Origin: an uncultured bacterium
GTDB taxonomy: Bacteria > Acidobacteriota > Thermoanaerobaculia > Multivoradales > JAHZIX01
Direction of reading: 5' to 3'
DNA: 64,000 nt
NCBI GenBank assembly: GCA_965368975.1
Contig: CBDUPA010000001.1
Span: 224,001 to 288,000, forward strand
Below the pieces are notes generated by a model. It had not been told where the DNA came from. It made no database searches and worked only from the letters and a program-made list of their open reading frames with translations. Position 1 is the first letter of the stretch; each line of letters opens with the position of its first letter. The position numbers and the translations under genes are program-made. This document shows positions 31,455-41,525 of the stretch, one piece after another.

Positions 31455-33103
31455 TCAGGCAGCAACGGCCGGTCGGGGCGCAGGGTGGTCTCGGCAGCGG
31501 TGATCAGTGTGCGCAGCCCCTTGCGCGTCGTGGCACTGACCGCCACGCCGTCGTAGCGGCGCGCCAAGTCCTCTGCCTGCTTGGGGGGCAGGAGGTCGAT
31601 CTTGTTGAGCACCAGCAGGCGCTGTAGATCTTGCAGGTCGAGTTCCTGCAGTAGCGCCTCGACCGCTTGCATCTTGTCCTCTAGGTGCGGATCGGCGGCA
31701 TCGACCACGTGCAGCAGCAAGTCGGCGTCGGCCAGTTCTTCGAGCGTGGCACGGAAGGCGATGCGCAGGTCGGCCGGCAGATCGCGGATGAAGCCGACGG
31801 TGTCGGTGATCACCACCTCGCCCTCGCGCGGGAAGCGCAGGCGGCGGCTGGTCGGATCGAGCGTCATGAACAGCTGGTCCGCGGCCTCGACCTCGCTCTG
31901 GGTGAGTGCGTTGAGCAAGGTCGACTTGCCGGCGTTGGTGTAGCCGATGATCGACAGTACCGGCACGCCTTCGCGCCGCCGCCGGCTGCGCCGCAGGTCC
32001 CGCTGCTTGGACATCTTGTCGATCTGTTTTTCGAGTGCCCGGATGCGGTCGCGGATGCGCCGGCGACCGATTTCCATTACCGTCTCGCCGGGACCGCGGC
32101 CGCCGATGCCGCCCGTGAGGCGCGACAGGCCGGCGTCCTTCTCGGTCAGGCGCGGTAGCGAGTACTTGAGCTGCGCCAGCTCGACCTGCAGCTTGCCATC
32201 GCGGCTGCGGGCACGTTGGGCGAAGACGTCCAGGATCAGCTGCGTGCGGTCGACTGCCTTGAGGCCAGTGGCATCTTCGAAAGCGCGTGCCTGGGCTGGC
32301 TTGAGGTCGATGTCGAAGACGGCGACCTCGGCGCGACGTCGCATGCCTTCGAGCACGATGTCCTGCAGTTTGCCGCGGCCGACGACGGTCGACGGGTGGA
32401 CGTGCCGGCGCTTCTGGCGCACGATCCCGGCAATCTCGACACCGGCTGCCTTGACCAGTTCCAGCGTTTCCTCGAAGTGATCGTCGTCGGCGGTGACACC
32501 GATCACCAACACGCGCTCCTTCTGTGAGGCCGCGGCGTCGCCGGTCAGTCGGCGGAACTCGGCTTCCAGCGCCCGCATCGTCTCCTGGACATCGAGATCG
32601 AGGCGGTGGACGTCGGAGGCGACGACGTGCTCGAAGGGGTCCGCGGGCACCTCGGCGTCGAGTTCGGCCTGCACGACGTCCGGTGTCGGCGACAGGTAGG
32701 CGACCTCGACGCGGCCGGGCTGTCCGTCCTCCTGCGCTTCGATCATCGCGACCATGTCCAGGCGCAGCAGCGCCAGGTCGTTGAGGTCGTCCTGGGTCAG
32801 TGACTCGCCGCGCAGGTGAGTGTGCACCAAGCGCAGGCCCCGGAAGCGCCCGACGCCACCGCGCAGGCGGCCGACATCCGGGACTTCGATGTGCGTGGCA
32901 TCACCGACGACGACGTTACGGATCGAGCCATCGCGGTTGAGGAGTACACCCACTTGGCGACCGATACGGCGCGAGATCTCGGTCAGGTGGCGTGCGAGTT
33001 CGGGCGAGACGACTTGCTCCGGCGCAACCTTACGGCGGAATGTCCGCTCCAGGGCCCGCTTGTCGGACGTCTTGAGATCGCGGATGTTGCCTTCGACGTG
33101 CAT
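31364..33103 (-). CDS. hflX: GTPase HflX, long form with N-terminal extension
   Basis: GKLQVELAQLKY, GIGGRGPGET, GYTNAGKST, DTVGFI and NKID motifs. Confidence 0.96.
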   Translation of the reverse strand: MHVEGNIRDLKTSDKRALERTFRRKVAPEQVVSPELARHLTEISRRIGRQVGVLLNRDGSIRNVVVGDATHIEVPDVGRLRGGVGRFRGLRLVHTHLRGESLTQDDLNDLALLRLDMVAMIEAQEDGQPGRVEVAYLSPTPDVVQAELDAEVPADPFEHVVASDVHRLDLDVQETMRALEAEFRRLTGDAAASQKERVLVIGVTADDDHFEETLELVKAAGVEIAGIVRQKRRHVHPSTVVGRGKLQDIVLEGMRRRAEVAVFDIDLKPAQARAFEDATGLKAVDRTQLILDVFAQRARSRDGKLQVELAQLKYSLPRLTEKDAGLSRLTGGIGGRGPGETVMEIGRRRIRDRIRALEKQIDKMSKQRDLRRSRRRREGVPVLSIIGYTNAGKSTLLNALTQSEVEAADQLFMTLDPTSRRLRFPREGEVVITDTVGFIRDLPADLRIAFRATLEELADADLLLHVVDAADPHLEDKMQAVEALLQELDLQDLQRLLVLNKIDLLPPKQAEDLARRYDGVAVSATTRKGLRTLITAAETTLRPDRPLLPDYTAVVGGSVAEDVASGEAAEEEAEEPPDA

Positions 33104-33146
33104 AGAGCCTTTCTGTGCTTCTGTGGCTGGAGCGAGAGCGGAGACG

Positions 33147-33812
33147 TCAGGGCGCCAGGCGGCGGCGCTGCCAGCCGCTGGCGGAACTGCTGTCGCCTTG
33201 GCTGGTGGCCAAGTACTGCAAGCGGTCGTGCAGCCGGCTGCGTCGGCCCTGCCAGAATTCGAAGGATTCGGCGCGCAGCTGGAAGCCGCCCCAGAAGGCC
33301 GGTAGCGGCAGAGTGGCCAGTCCCTCGAAGCGTCGGCGCATCTCTTCGGCGCGTTGCTCGAGTTCTTGCCGGGATTCCAAGGGCGAACTCTGGCTCGATG
33401 CCCAGGCTGCGATCTGGCTGTCGCGCGGCCGACTCTGGAAGTAGGCCTCGGATTCGGTGTGGACGAGGCGTTCGACTTGCCCTTCGATACGGATCTGCCG
33501 TTCCAATTGGGGCCAGAAGAAGAGCAAGGCGGCGTGCGGGTTGGCGGCCAGCTCGACGCCCTTGCGACCCTCGTAGCTGGTGTAGAAGACGAAGCCGCCG
33601 GTGTCGAAGCTCTTGAGCAGCACCGTGCGTGCCGACGGCTTGCCGTCCGGCGTCGCGGTGGCCAACGTCATGGCGGTAGGCTCCGGAACCTGTGCGGTCA
33701 GCGCATCGGAGAACCAGGTCTCGAAGAGCGAAAAGGGATCTGTGTCGGCGTCTTGCACGGACAGGCCGGCGCGGTCGTACTCTGTGCGGTGATCTGCCAG
33801 GTCGCGATTCAT
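33147..33812 (-). CDS. pdxH: Pyridoxamine 5'-phosphate oxidase
   Basis: AMTLAT..GKPSARTVLLK, RQIRIEG, YFQSRP, EFWQGR.SRLHDR and RLAP motifs. Confidence 0.97.
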   Translation of the reverse strand: MNRDLADHRTEYDRAGLSVQDADTDPFSLFETWFSDALTAQVPEPTAMTLATATPDGKPSARTVLLKSFDTGGFVFYTSYEGRKGVELAANPHAALLFFWPQLERQIRIEGQVERLVHTESEAYFQSRPRDSQIAAWASSQSSPLESRQELEQRAEEMRRRFEGLATLPLPAFWGGFQLRAESFEFWQGRRSRLHDRLQYLATSQGDSSSASGWQRRRLAP

Positions 33813-33894
33813 GGCCGCCTATCCTACGTCAGGCGGTGGTGGGATTGCACCCGCCGACTGCTGGGGCCGAGGAGAGAACTGTTCCGGGGCAAGG

Positions 33895-33925
33895 AAAAAG
33901 GCCGGACACCGAAGTGCCCGGCCTT
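33895..33925 (-). terminator. Intrinsic terminator
   Basis: AAGGCCGG.CAC/GTG.CCGGCCTT stem with T run on the minus strand, after the 33966 stop. Confidence 0.75.
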
Positions 33926-33965
33926 GCAGCTCACCGCTCAGGGTGAGTCACCGAGGGGTGCCGCG

Positions 33966-36900
33966 TCAGTTGCCGCGTGACTCCCGGTGCGGACGGCCGA
34001 TGTAGCCGCCAGCGTTCGGTTGCTTGACCAGGTTGACCCACTCGCGCATCGCGCCGATGCTGCAGCCGAACTTGGTGTGGCCGTTGCCCAGACCCTGGGC
34101 TTCGATGATCTGCTCGCACGAGCAGCCGGCCGTGTCCGTGGTGGTGAATACGTCCCCAGCGCCACCGGGCAGGCTGTCGAAGATGGTGTCACCGTCGGTC
34201 AGCGCGTAGCGGTTCTTCTTCAGGCCGCGTGTCGGCACGCCCTCAGGGATCGTGGTGCCTGGACAGACGTCGTCGCCGTCGAGCACGCCGTCTCCGTCGG
34301 AGTCGACGATCACCACCTCGAAGATGGTCAGCGTTGCGGTGGCTGGCGTGGCGAGGACTTCGCCGGCCCGCGTCAGCTCGCTGGTCTCGTTGAGGTAGTC
34401 CCCGACCGCCGCCGAACCCGGCACCTGCAAGGTCACGCCGAAGGAGCAGGAGCCCCCCGGCAGCAGGCTGCCGTCGTTGAAGTTCAGTGCGGTGGTGCCC
34501 TCGAGGCTCGAACCTTCGCCGCAGATGTCGGTCGCTGGCAGTCCGACGGCTGTCAAGCCGGGGAGCATCGCGCCGAGGTCGTCGGTGAAGGAGAGCAGGT
34601 TGATGGTGTCGCCGCTCAGGTTCTCCAGGTTGAACACCAGGGTCACCGTATCGCCGGCTTCGACGCTGCCGCTGAACGACTTGCTGAAGGCCATGAAGTC
34701 GATCTGCAGCACGTCGCTGGCGGTGCCACCCTCGACGGCGAGGCCGCCGATGGTGCCCGTGATGGTGCTGGTGGTATTGGTCGCTTCGGTGCCGAGACTA
34801 ACGTCGGTCGGCACGGTCAAAGCGACATCGAAGGTGCAGGAAGCGCCCGCCGCCAGGCTGCCACCGCTGAAGGTCAGCAGGCTGCTGCCGCTCAGCTGCG
34901 AACCGATGCCGCAGACATCCGTGAGCACCGCGCCCGAGGCCGCGAGGCCGCTCAGAGCCGCGTTCAGATCGTCGGTGAAGGCGATGTCGGCCACCGCTTC
35001 ACTGGCGTTCAGGTTGTCGATGGTGAAGCGCAGTGTGACGGCGTCACCCGGGCCGGCTGGGTCGTCGACGAATTCCTTGCTCAGACTGAGGAAGTTGGTC
35101 TCGACGAGCAGCCGATCGCTGATGTTGTCGAAGGTGATCAGGGTGGCGTTGAAGGTCGCCGCGATCAGCGAGGTCGTGCTGATGTAGGTGTCGGGCGGCG
35201 TCGATGCCGGCACCGTCAACGGCACGTCAAAGGTGCAGGACGCTGCCGGCGCCAGCACGCCATTTTGCAGGAAGAGGAACGTTCCGCCGCTGACGGCTGC
35301 CAGCGACGAGCCGGCGCCGCAAGGCTCGCTCGGCACGCTGGCGGCGGCGAGGCCGTCGAGTGCGCTGCCGAGGTTGTCCTGCAGCAGGATGCTGGAGGCC
35401 GTATCGGTCGGACTGTCGTTGGTGAACGTGTAGCGCAAGGTGACCGTGCCACCCGGCAGCACCGGATCGTTGATGAACTCTTTGCTGGCGCTCAGACCGG
35501 CGATGCGCAGGTCGTCGGACGCCGCGTTGCCGACCGTCGAGATACCCAGGACGGTACCGACGACGCTGCTGGTGGTGTTGGTGTAGGCACCCGGAGCCGC
35601 CGCTGCAGGAGCCTGCAAGGCGACGTCGAAGGTGCAGCTCTCACCGATGTCGAGGCTGCCACCGGTGAACAGCAGTGTCATGGTGCCGCTGATCGAGGAG
35701 CCGGCGCCGCAAGGCGTGCTGGGCAGGCTGGTGGCGACCAAGCCGGAGAGCGTCGCGTCGAGGTCGTCGGTGAAGCTGACGTCCGTGACCGCGGCCGGAG
35801 CGGACTCCAGGTGCCGCAAGGTGAAGCGCAGGGTGACGTTGTCGCCCGGCTGCACCGGATCGTCGATGAACTCCTTCTCCAGCTGCGGCGGGGCCACGAC
35901 CTGCAGGTCGTCGCTGGCCGCGTCGCCGGTGATGGTCTCGCCGTCGACGGTCGCGGTGATCTCGCTGGTGGTGTTGTTGTAGGTGCCGGCGGGGGCATTC
36001 TCGGACACGTCGAGCGTGATCGAGAAGGTGCAGCTGGCTGCCGGCGCCAGGTTGGCTCCGGTGACCGTCAGGCGAGCCGGCGTGACGCTGATACCGCCGA
36101 GCCAGGGTGTGAAGGTTGCCGTCGATCCGGCGCCGCAGAAGCCCGCGGCGGGTACCGCGGCAGCCGTCTGGTGGATGGTTTCGAACACGTCGGTGAAGGT
36201 AATGTCGGTCGCCGACGAGGTGAGACTGGAGTTGGTGATGGTGAACTCGAGCACCGTCGTGCCGCCGCCACCTACCGGGTTGTCGAGGAAAGTCTTGGTC
36301 AGCACCGGTACCGGCTGCACGAAGAGCAGATCCGACGCCGGATCTCCGATCACAGGACTGCCGTCGAAGTCGGCGCTGATCGAGCTAGTGGTGTTGACGT
36401 ACGTCCCAGGCACCGCGTCGCTCGGCACCTGCAGCGTGGCGCTGAAGGTACACGTCTGCTCCGTGCCCAGGTTACCGCCGCTCAGCACCAGCGTGCTGGA
36501 GCCGGTCAGGGAGGAGCCAGCGCCGCAGGGGTTGGACGGCAAGCCGACCGCGACCAGGCCCGTCAGCGTGGCGTCGAGATCGTCGCTGAAGCTGATGTTG
36601 CTGGCCGAGTTGCGGCGGTCGAGGTTGCGCACGGTGAACTCGAGGGTCACCGTGGCACCCGGCGCCACCGGGTCGTCGACGAAGTTCTTGGACACCGCGA
36701 TCTGCTCGATCGTCGAGGTCAGGGTCGCGCTGGCCATGCCCGAGTCGACCAGGGCGAAGCCGCTCAGCCGCTGGCCCGTCAGGTTGCCGGAGGTGTTGCC
36801 CAGGGTACCGATGGCGTTGGCTTGCACATCGACGCTGATCGTGCAGATGGCGCCGGCATTGACCAGCGCATCCAGTCCACCCAGGCTGCTGTAGGAGATC

Positions 36901-37574
36901 GAGTTACTGCCGGGGACGGCCGTGATGGAGCCGCCGGTGCAGGTGCTGCTGGCGCTGGCGGGATCCGCCACCGCCATGGTCGACGGCAGCGTGTCCGTGA
37001 AGCGCATACCGAACACGTCGCTGTCGTTGGCGCTGTTGTCGATGGTGAAGGTCAGCGTCGTGCGGCCGCCGAAGAAGACGTTGGCCGGCGAGAAGCTCTT
37101 GGTGAAACCGGGGCGGTCGGTCGCCACCGTCAGGTCGGCGCTGGCGCCGGGGGCGCTGCCGGCGTCCCAGGTCAGGCTGCCGGAGGTGTTGGTGTAGGTG
37201 CCGGGACCGCTCGCCGTCACGTTGACGCTGATGGTGCAGGTGCTGTTGCCCGGGAGTCCACCACCGCTGTAGGTGATGGTGGTACCGCCGTCCGGAGCGG
37301 TCAAGGTACCGAAGCAACTGCTCTCTGCCGCCGCCGGGCTGGCGAGGGTCATGCCGGCCGGCAGTGCATCGGTGAGTGTGGCACCGCGCAGGCCGCTACC
37401 ACTAGGGTTCGACAGGGTGAACGTGAGGGTGCTGGTACTGCCCGGTCCAATCGTGCTTGGATTGAAGGCCTTGCTCAGGCTTTGACCGGACGCTGCGGGA
37501 GTAAAGGCGAGGACCGCGAGAAGCGCGGTACATACCGGGAGGAGGCGAGGGTCAACTCGCTTGCTGCTGTGCAT
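33966..37574 (-). CDS. Large secreted protein with eight DUF11-like Ig repeats and a C-terminal Asp-rich (TSP3-like) motif
   Basis: GGAGG RBS before ATG 37574; signal peptide; 8 units starting xKxF..P..G.T.TL.FT; DSDGDGVLDGDDVCP near the C-terminus. Confidence 0.88.
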   Translation of the reverse strand: MHSSKRVDPRLLPVCTALLAVLAFTPAASGQSLSKAFNPSTIGPGSTSTLTFTLSNPSGSGLRGATLTDALPAGMTLASPAAAESSCFGTLTAPDGGTTITYSGGGLPGNSTCTISVNVTASGPGTYTNTSGSLTWDAGSAPGASADLTVATDRPGFTKSFSPANVFFGGRTTLTFTIDNSANDSDVFGMRFTDTLPSTMAVADPASASSTCTGGSITAVPGSNSISYSSLGGLDALVNAGAICTISVDVQANAIGTLGNTSGNLTGQRLSGFALVDSGMASATLTSTIEQIAVSKNFVDDPVAPGATVTLEFTVRNLDRRNSASNISFSDDLDATLTGLVAVGLPSNPCGAGSSLTGSSTLVLSGGNLGTEQTCTFSATLQVPSDAVPGTYVNTTSSISADFDGSPVIGDPASDLLFVQPVPVLTKTFLDNPVGGGGTTVLEFTITNSSLTSSATDITFTDVFETIHQTAAAVPAAGFCGAGSTATFTPWLGGISVTPARLTVTGANLAPAASCTFSITLDVSENAPAGTYNNTTSEITATVDGETITGDAASDDLQVVAPPQLEKEFIDDPVQPGDNVTLRFTLRHLESAPAAVTDVSFTDDLDATLSGLVATSLPSTPCGAGSSISGTMTLLFTGGSLDIGESCTFDVALQAPAAAAPGAYTNTTSSVVGTVLGISTVGNAASDDLRIAGLSASKEFINDPVLPGGTVTLRYTFTNDSPTDTASSILLQDNLGSALDGLAAASVPSEPCGAGSSLAAVSGGTFLFLQNGVLAPAASCTFDVPLTVPASTPPDTYISTTSLIAATFNATLITFDNISDRLLVETNFLSLSKEFVDDPAGPGDAVTLRFTIDNLNASEAVADIAFTDDLNAALSGLAASGAVLTDVCGIGSQLSGSSLLTFSGGSLAAGASCTFDVALTVPTDVSLGTEATNTTSTITGTIGGLAVEGGTASDVLQIDFMAFSKSFSGSVEAGDTVTLVFNLENLSGDTINLLSFTDDLGAMLPGLTAVGLPATDICGEGSSLEGTTALNFNDGSLLPGGSCSFGVTLQVPGSAAVGDYLNETSELTRAGEVLATPATATLTIFEVVIVDSDGDGVLDGDDVCPGTTIPEGVPTRGLKKNRYALTDGDTIFDSLPGGAGDVFTTTDTAGCSCEQIIEAQGLGNGHTKFGCSIGAMREWVNLVKQPNAGGYIGRPHRESRGN

Positions 37575-37840
37575 GGAAACATCCCTCCGAGACCGCAAGT
37601 CGCGATCTCTTCGTAGGTTCATGAAAGGGCTAATGAGATAACGAGAAATCTAATCGCACCCATTATAGCTCAGCACGAGTTGCCGAGCAACCGGCATTGA
37701 CGCGATTCGGTGAGTCGAAAAGCCCAGAAATAAAGGCATCTTCAGATGCGCATGATCTCGCCGAGGTTCCAGGTCTCCCATGGCGCCTCGGTCTGACTTG
37801 CGGCGCCATGGGTCCTGGGTACAGCAGTCGAGAGCGAGCC

Positions 37841-40243
37841 TCAGAACAGCAGTTTGATGCTCAGGCTGACGTCGCGACCGGGCAGCGGTGCCAGGTTCTT
37901 GAGGAAGGACGTATGCGGGCGCGCCTCTTCGTCGCTCAGGTTCCGGCCGCGCAGCATCAAGTCGACGATCTGGTCGGAGAACAGGAAGCGATAGCCGAGG
38001 CTGGCGTTGAACAGGGTGTAGCCGTCGGTCGGCGACTCGCTGACCGCGACCTTGTCCTGCTGGTCGACCCAGCGCACCTCGGCGGAGCCGTTCCAGCGCT
38101 CGCTGTGATAGTGCACGCCGGCGGCCAGGCTCATCGGCGGGATGCGCGGCAGGTATCCCCCATTGCGAGCCAGCTTCGCCTCCACGTAGTCGCCGCTGAG
38201 CTGCAGGTGCAGGTGGTGTCCGTGGGTCTCGTAGAGCTCGAGCCGGGCTTTGAACTCCGCGCCGGTGAACTCGGCGTCGGTCTGGCTGTACAGCACGACC
38301 GGGAAGCCGTCCTCGTCGCCGCCGGTGAACGCCTGGTAGATGAAGTCGTCGAAGTCCTGGCGGAAGAGCGTCAGCTCGCCGGAGCTGTGCTCCCCCTCGT
38401 AGCGTAGGGACAGATCCAGCCCGAGACCGGTCTCTTCTTGCAGGTTCGGATCGCCCAACTCGAAGGTCTGCGTCGCCACGTGCACGCCGTCCGAGAACAG
38501 TTCCTCCGGCGCCGGTAGCTTGACCGAGCGGGCGAGCGATGCGGCCACCGACAACGTCTCGGTCGCCCGCCAGACCAGACCCAGGGAGGTGCTGAACCCA
38601 TCGTGAGAACGGGCGGCGGCGCCGATTGGGTCGATGTCCTGCGTCTCGAAACGTGCTCCCAGCTGCCAAGCCAGGTCGCCGGTGTCGAATTCCTGCAACG
38701 TGAAGAGCGCCAGCCGCTCGGTCGTCGACTTCGGCAGGAAGGCTTCGTCGCCGATCGCCTCGAACTCGCGGTCCAGGTACTGCAGGCCGACCGCACCGGT
38801 GTGGCGGGTGGCGCCGGCCCCCAGCGTGCGTTCGGTCTGGATCGCTTCGATGCGTGTCTCGACGAAATCGTTGAAGAAGCGGGTGCCGATCTGTGTGCCT
38901 TCGAGCTCCACATGCTCATAGTCGGTAGCGCCCAAGCGCGCACGCAGGGCCTGGAAGGGGCCGAAGGCCTCGACCCACTCGCCACGCAGGTCGAGGCGGC
39001 GCTGCTGCATGTCGATGCGCACGTCTTCCTCTTCCTCCTCGTGGCCGTGGTCGTCGTCTTCTTTCAACCCCAGGCTGGACTCGTCCCCTTCGTGGTGATC
39101 GTCGTCCTCCTCGTCATGACCGTGGCCGTGCCCTCCCGGCAAGCCGTAGTTGCTGTCGAAGCCGCTCACCGCGACGCCGAAGAAACCCTTGGTGCCGAAG
39201 TAGGTCACGCCGAGACGGCCAGACTGAGTCTCGAGATCGCTGTTGGGTACGATGCCGAGGGGGTTCTCTTCTCCCTCTTCCTGGTCGTGGTCTTCGTCCT
39301 CTTCGGCAAGAGCGAAGCCGGGGATTTCGTAGTCGTCGGTCTCGCGGGCGATAGCGCCCACCGTCCAAGCCCAGTCGCCACTGCCACCCGTCAGTTCGAG
39401 CACGCCAGTGCGCTCGTCGTTGACGCTGCCGCCGCGCAACTCGAGGCTGCCGCTGATGCCCTGGTTCGAGCGGAGGGTCGGAATGCGGCCGTCGATGACG
39501 TTGATCGCGCCCCCGATTGCACTGGAGCCGTAGAGCAGCGTCGCGGGACCGCGCAGAACTTCGATACGCTCGGCCTGTGCCGGATCGGTCGTCACCGCGT
39601 GATCGGCGCTGACACCCGAAGCGTCACCGGTATCGAGGCCACCTTCGAGCACGCGGACTCGGTCACCGGCCATGCCTCGAATGATGGGCCTGCTGGCCCC
39701 GGGGCCGAAGAACGTCGAACTGATACCGGGTTCCTGGGCCAGCGTTTCGCCCAGCGTTGGTTGCAGGCGCAAGCTGAGTTCTTCGCCGCTCAGGCTACTG
39801 GTTGCGGTCGCCAGCTCCAGCGGGTTGCGCGCGTCGATCGACGCGGTGACGACGATCTCGTCGAAGTGCGCGCCCGGCGTCACCAGGATGTCCGCGCTGG
39901 TGGTCTCGCCGGCGCGGATCGTGATCCGTTCGACGGCGACTCCCAAGCTCGGGACTTCCACTTCGAGTAGGTAGGAGCCCGGTCTCAATCCGTCGAAGCG
40001 GAAGCGACCGTCGGCACCGACCCTGGTGCTCACGTTGAGGTCGAGGATGCGGGCCGTGGCGAGTACGAAGTCGTGGTCGTGCGGCGGCGTTACGCTGCCT
40101 TCGAAGCTGCCCGTAGGTGCTTCTTCGGTCTGACCGGTGAGCGAAGGGGTGTCGAAGCCGAAGGTGATGACCACGGACAGGCACACCCATACCAAGGCCG
40201 GAAGTCTGTAGCGGAGCAGGGAAAGTCGATTCGAATCGAACAT
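37841..40243 (-). CDS. TonB-dependent receptor, ZnuD-like with His/acidic loops
   Basis: EIVVTAS TonB box; TLGETL..PG..STFFGPGASRP.IRG plug; IEVLRGPATLLYGS; GHGHGHDEEDDDHH loop; terminal Phe. Confidence 0.93.
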   Translation of the reverse strand: MFDSNRLSLLRYRLPALVWVCLSVVITFGFDTPSLTGQTEEAPTGSFEGSVTPPHDHDFVLATARILDLNVSTRVGADGRFRFDGLRPGSYLLEVEVPSLGVAVERITIRAGETTSADILVTPGAHFDEIVVTASIDARNPLELATATSSLSGEELSLRLQPTLGETLAQEPGISSTFFGPGASRPIIRGMAGDRVRVLEGGLDTGDASGVSADHAVTTDPAQAERIEVLRGPATLLYGSSAIGGAINVIDGRIPTLRSNQGISGSLELRGGSVNDERTGVLELTGGSGDWAWTVGAIARETDDYEIPGFALAEEDEDHDQEEGEENPLGIVPNSDLETQSGRLGVTYFGTKGFFGVAVSGFDSNYGLPGGHGHGHDEEDDDHHEGDESSLGLKEDDDHGHEEEEEDVRIDMQQRRLDLRGEWVEAFGPFQALRARLGATDYEHVELEGTQIGTRFFNDFVETRIEAIQTERTLGAGATRHTGAVGLQYLDREFEAIGDEAFLPKSTTERLALFTLQEFDTGDLAWQLGARFETQDIDPIGAAARSHDGFSTSLGLVWRATETLSVAASLARSVKLPAPEELFSDGVHVATQTFELGDPNLQEETGLGLDLSLRYEGEHSSGELTLFRQDFDDFIYQAFTGGDEDGFPVVLYSQTDAEFTGAEFKARLELYETHGHHLHLQLSGDYVEAKLARNGGYLPRIPPMSLAAGVHYHSERWNGSAEVRWVDQQDKVAVSESPTDGYTLFNASLGYRFLFSDQIVDLMLRGRNLSDEEARPHTSFLKNLAPLPGRDVSLSIKLLF

Positions 40244-40415
40244 GGCCGGAGTCCTTTCTCGGAAGAGCTAGAGGCAGAGCGAAGACCGAAGTGCTCTCGG
40301 TCCGAAGGGGCCGCATGCAGCGAGCCCGGCGTTCCGGTACCGGGAGCTCTCGTCAGCGAGAGATCAGGCTCAGTTCCTTGGGGGACGGCGCTCGCGGCGA
40401 GGCGGCGCGCCGGAC

Positions 40416-40835
40416 TCAGGCGGAAGGGGGGCCGCGCAGGCTGCGGCTGGTGAGGGGAGCGCGGACGCAGTGGAGGTTGCCCGGGCAGCGGCTCGCCTGC
40501 TCCTGGGGTAGCAACCCCGTGGCGGTCGCGGCTGAGATGCGGCTCAGGTGGCGCTGGCTCTGCAGGCGGCAGCCCAGGCAGTGGTGCTGGTGCCCATGAC
40601 CGCTGGCGGTCAGCTCGGGCGCGGGGGGCGACGGAACCTGCTCTCCCATCGCCGGGTGCCCATGGTCGACGACGCAGGTGTGCTCGTTGAGCCGGGCGGT
40701 GCCGTGGTGGTCGTGGCCGACCAGCTCTGCAGTCGAAGTCACCAGCAGCAACAGCACCAAGATCGGCCCGACGGTGAGAGGGCCGAAAGCGAGCGATGCG
40801 GTGCGGCGGCAGACGTGCTGTAGGCAGAGCCACAT
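40416..40835 (-). CDS. DUF2946-like His/Cys-rich leader protein ending in RGPP
   Basis: Hydrophobic segment, His clusters, HHCLGC CxxC, C-terminal LRGPPSA; directly upstream of the TonB receptor. Confidence 0.7.
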   Translation of the reverse strand: MWLCLQHVCRRTASLAFGPLTVGPILVLLLLVTSTAELVGHDHHGTARLNEHTCVVDHGHPAMGEQVPSPPAPELTASGHGHQHHCLGCRLQSQRHLSRISAATATGLLPQEQASRCPGNLHCVRAPLTSRSLRGPPSA

Positions 40836-40862
40836 GACTCCCTGAGTCTACAGCATTTTTTG

Positions 40863-40885
40863 GTAATGGGAAATGATTATCAATA
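40863..40885. promoter_or_regulatory. Putative Fur-family (Fur/Zur) operator
   Basis: AT-rich GTAATGGGAAATGATTATCAATA containing a perfect ATTATCA half-site, ~30 nt upstream of the DUF2946-like start. Confidence 0.55.
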
Positions 40886-41011
40886 AATGCTTGGCCGCGG
40901 CACGGGTCTCTAGGCTGGAGGGGCGAGCGTGGAGGGTGCTGCCTTGACTTCCACCGGGCGTCCCGTTTACAAATGTCTAAACCATCTCGAACCACTCAGG
41001 AGACGACAGAC

Positions 41012-41416
41012 ATGGCAAAGCTCGAATACGTCGAGGGAATTGGTACCAAGTACGCGGACAAACTGCGTTCCGCAGGGGTCGCCAGCACGGACGGCCTGCT
41101 CAAGGCGGGCCGCACCCGCAAGGGTCGGAAGCAGATCGCGGACGGCAGCGGCATCAGTGAGAAGCTGGTGTTGACGTGGGTCAACCACGTCGATCTCTTC
41201 CGCATCAAGGGCGTCGGTGAAGAGTACGCCGATCTGCTCGAAGCCGCTGGGGTCGACACCGTCGTCGAGCTGGCGCAGCGCAAGCCGGAGAACCTACATG
41301 CCAAGATGGCGGAGACCAACGCCAAGCACAAGCGCGTGCGCCAGCTGCCGGCGCTCAGCCTGGTCGAGGACTGGGTGGCGCAGGCGAAGAAGCTGCCGCG
41401 CGGCGTCGAGTACTGA
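41012..41416 (+). CDS. DUF4332 helix-hairpin-helix protein
   Basis: EGIGTKYADKL, DLFRIKGVGEEYADLLEAAGVDTVVELAQR; AGGAG RBS. Confidence 0.92.
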   Translation: MAKLEYVEGIGTKYADKLRSAGVASTDGLLKAGRTRKGRKQIADGSGISEKLVLTWVNHVDLFRIKGVGEEYADLLEAAGVDTVVELAQRKPENLHAKMAETNAKHKRVRQLPALSLVEDWVAQAKKLPRGVEY

Positions 41417-41525
41417 CAACGAAGCTCGGTCCAGACCGAACTTCGTTGGCGGTACGCGTTCTCAGGGGGCCTGGGGGCCAGGCCCCCCTCCAGGTTTCCG
41501 GTGTCACTGCAAACGATCCAACTTG

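Noticed and set aside
33987-37616. 1209-aa plus-strand ORF
   Set aside because: Antisense shadow of the DUF11-repeat gene caused by GC3 bias; no motifs. The same applies to most other overlapping ORFs in the track
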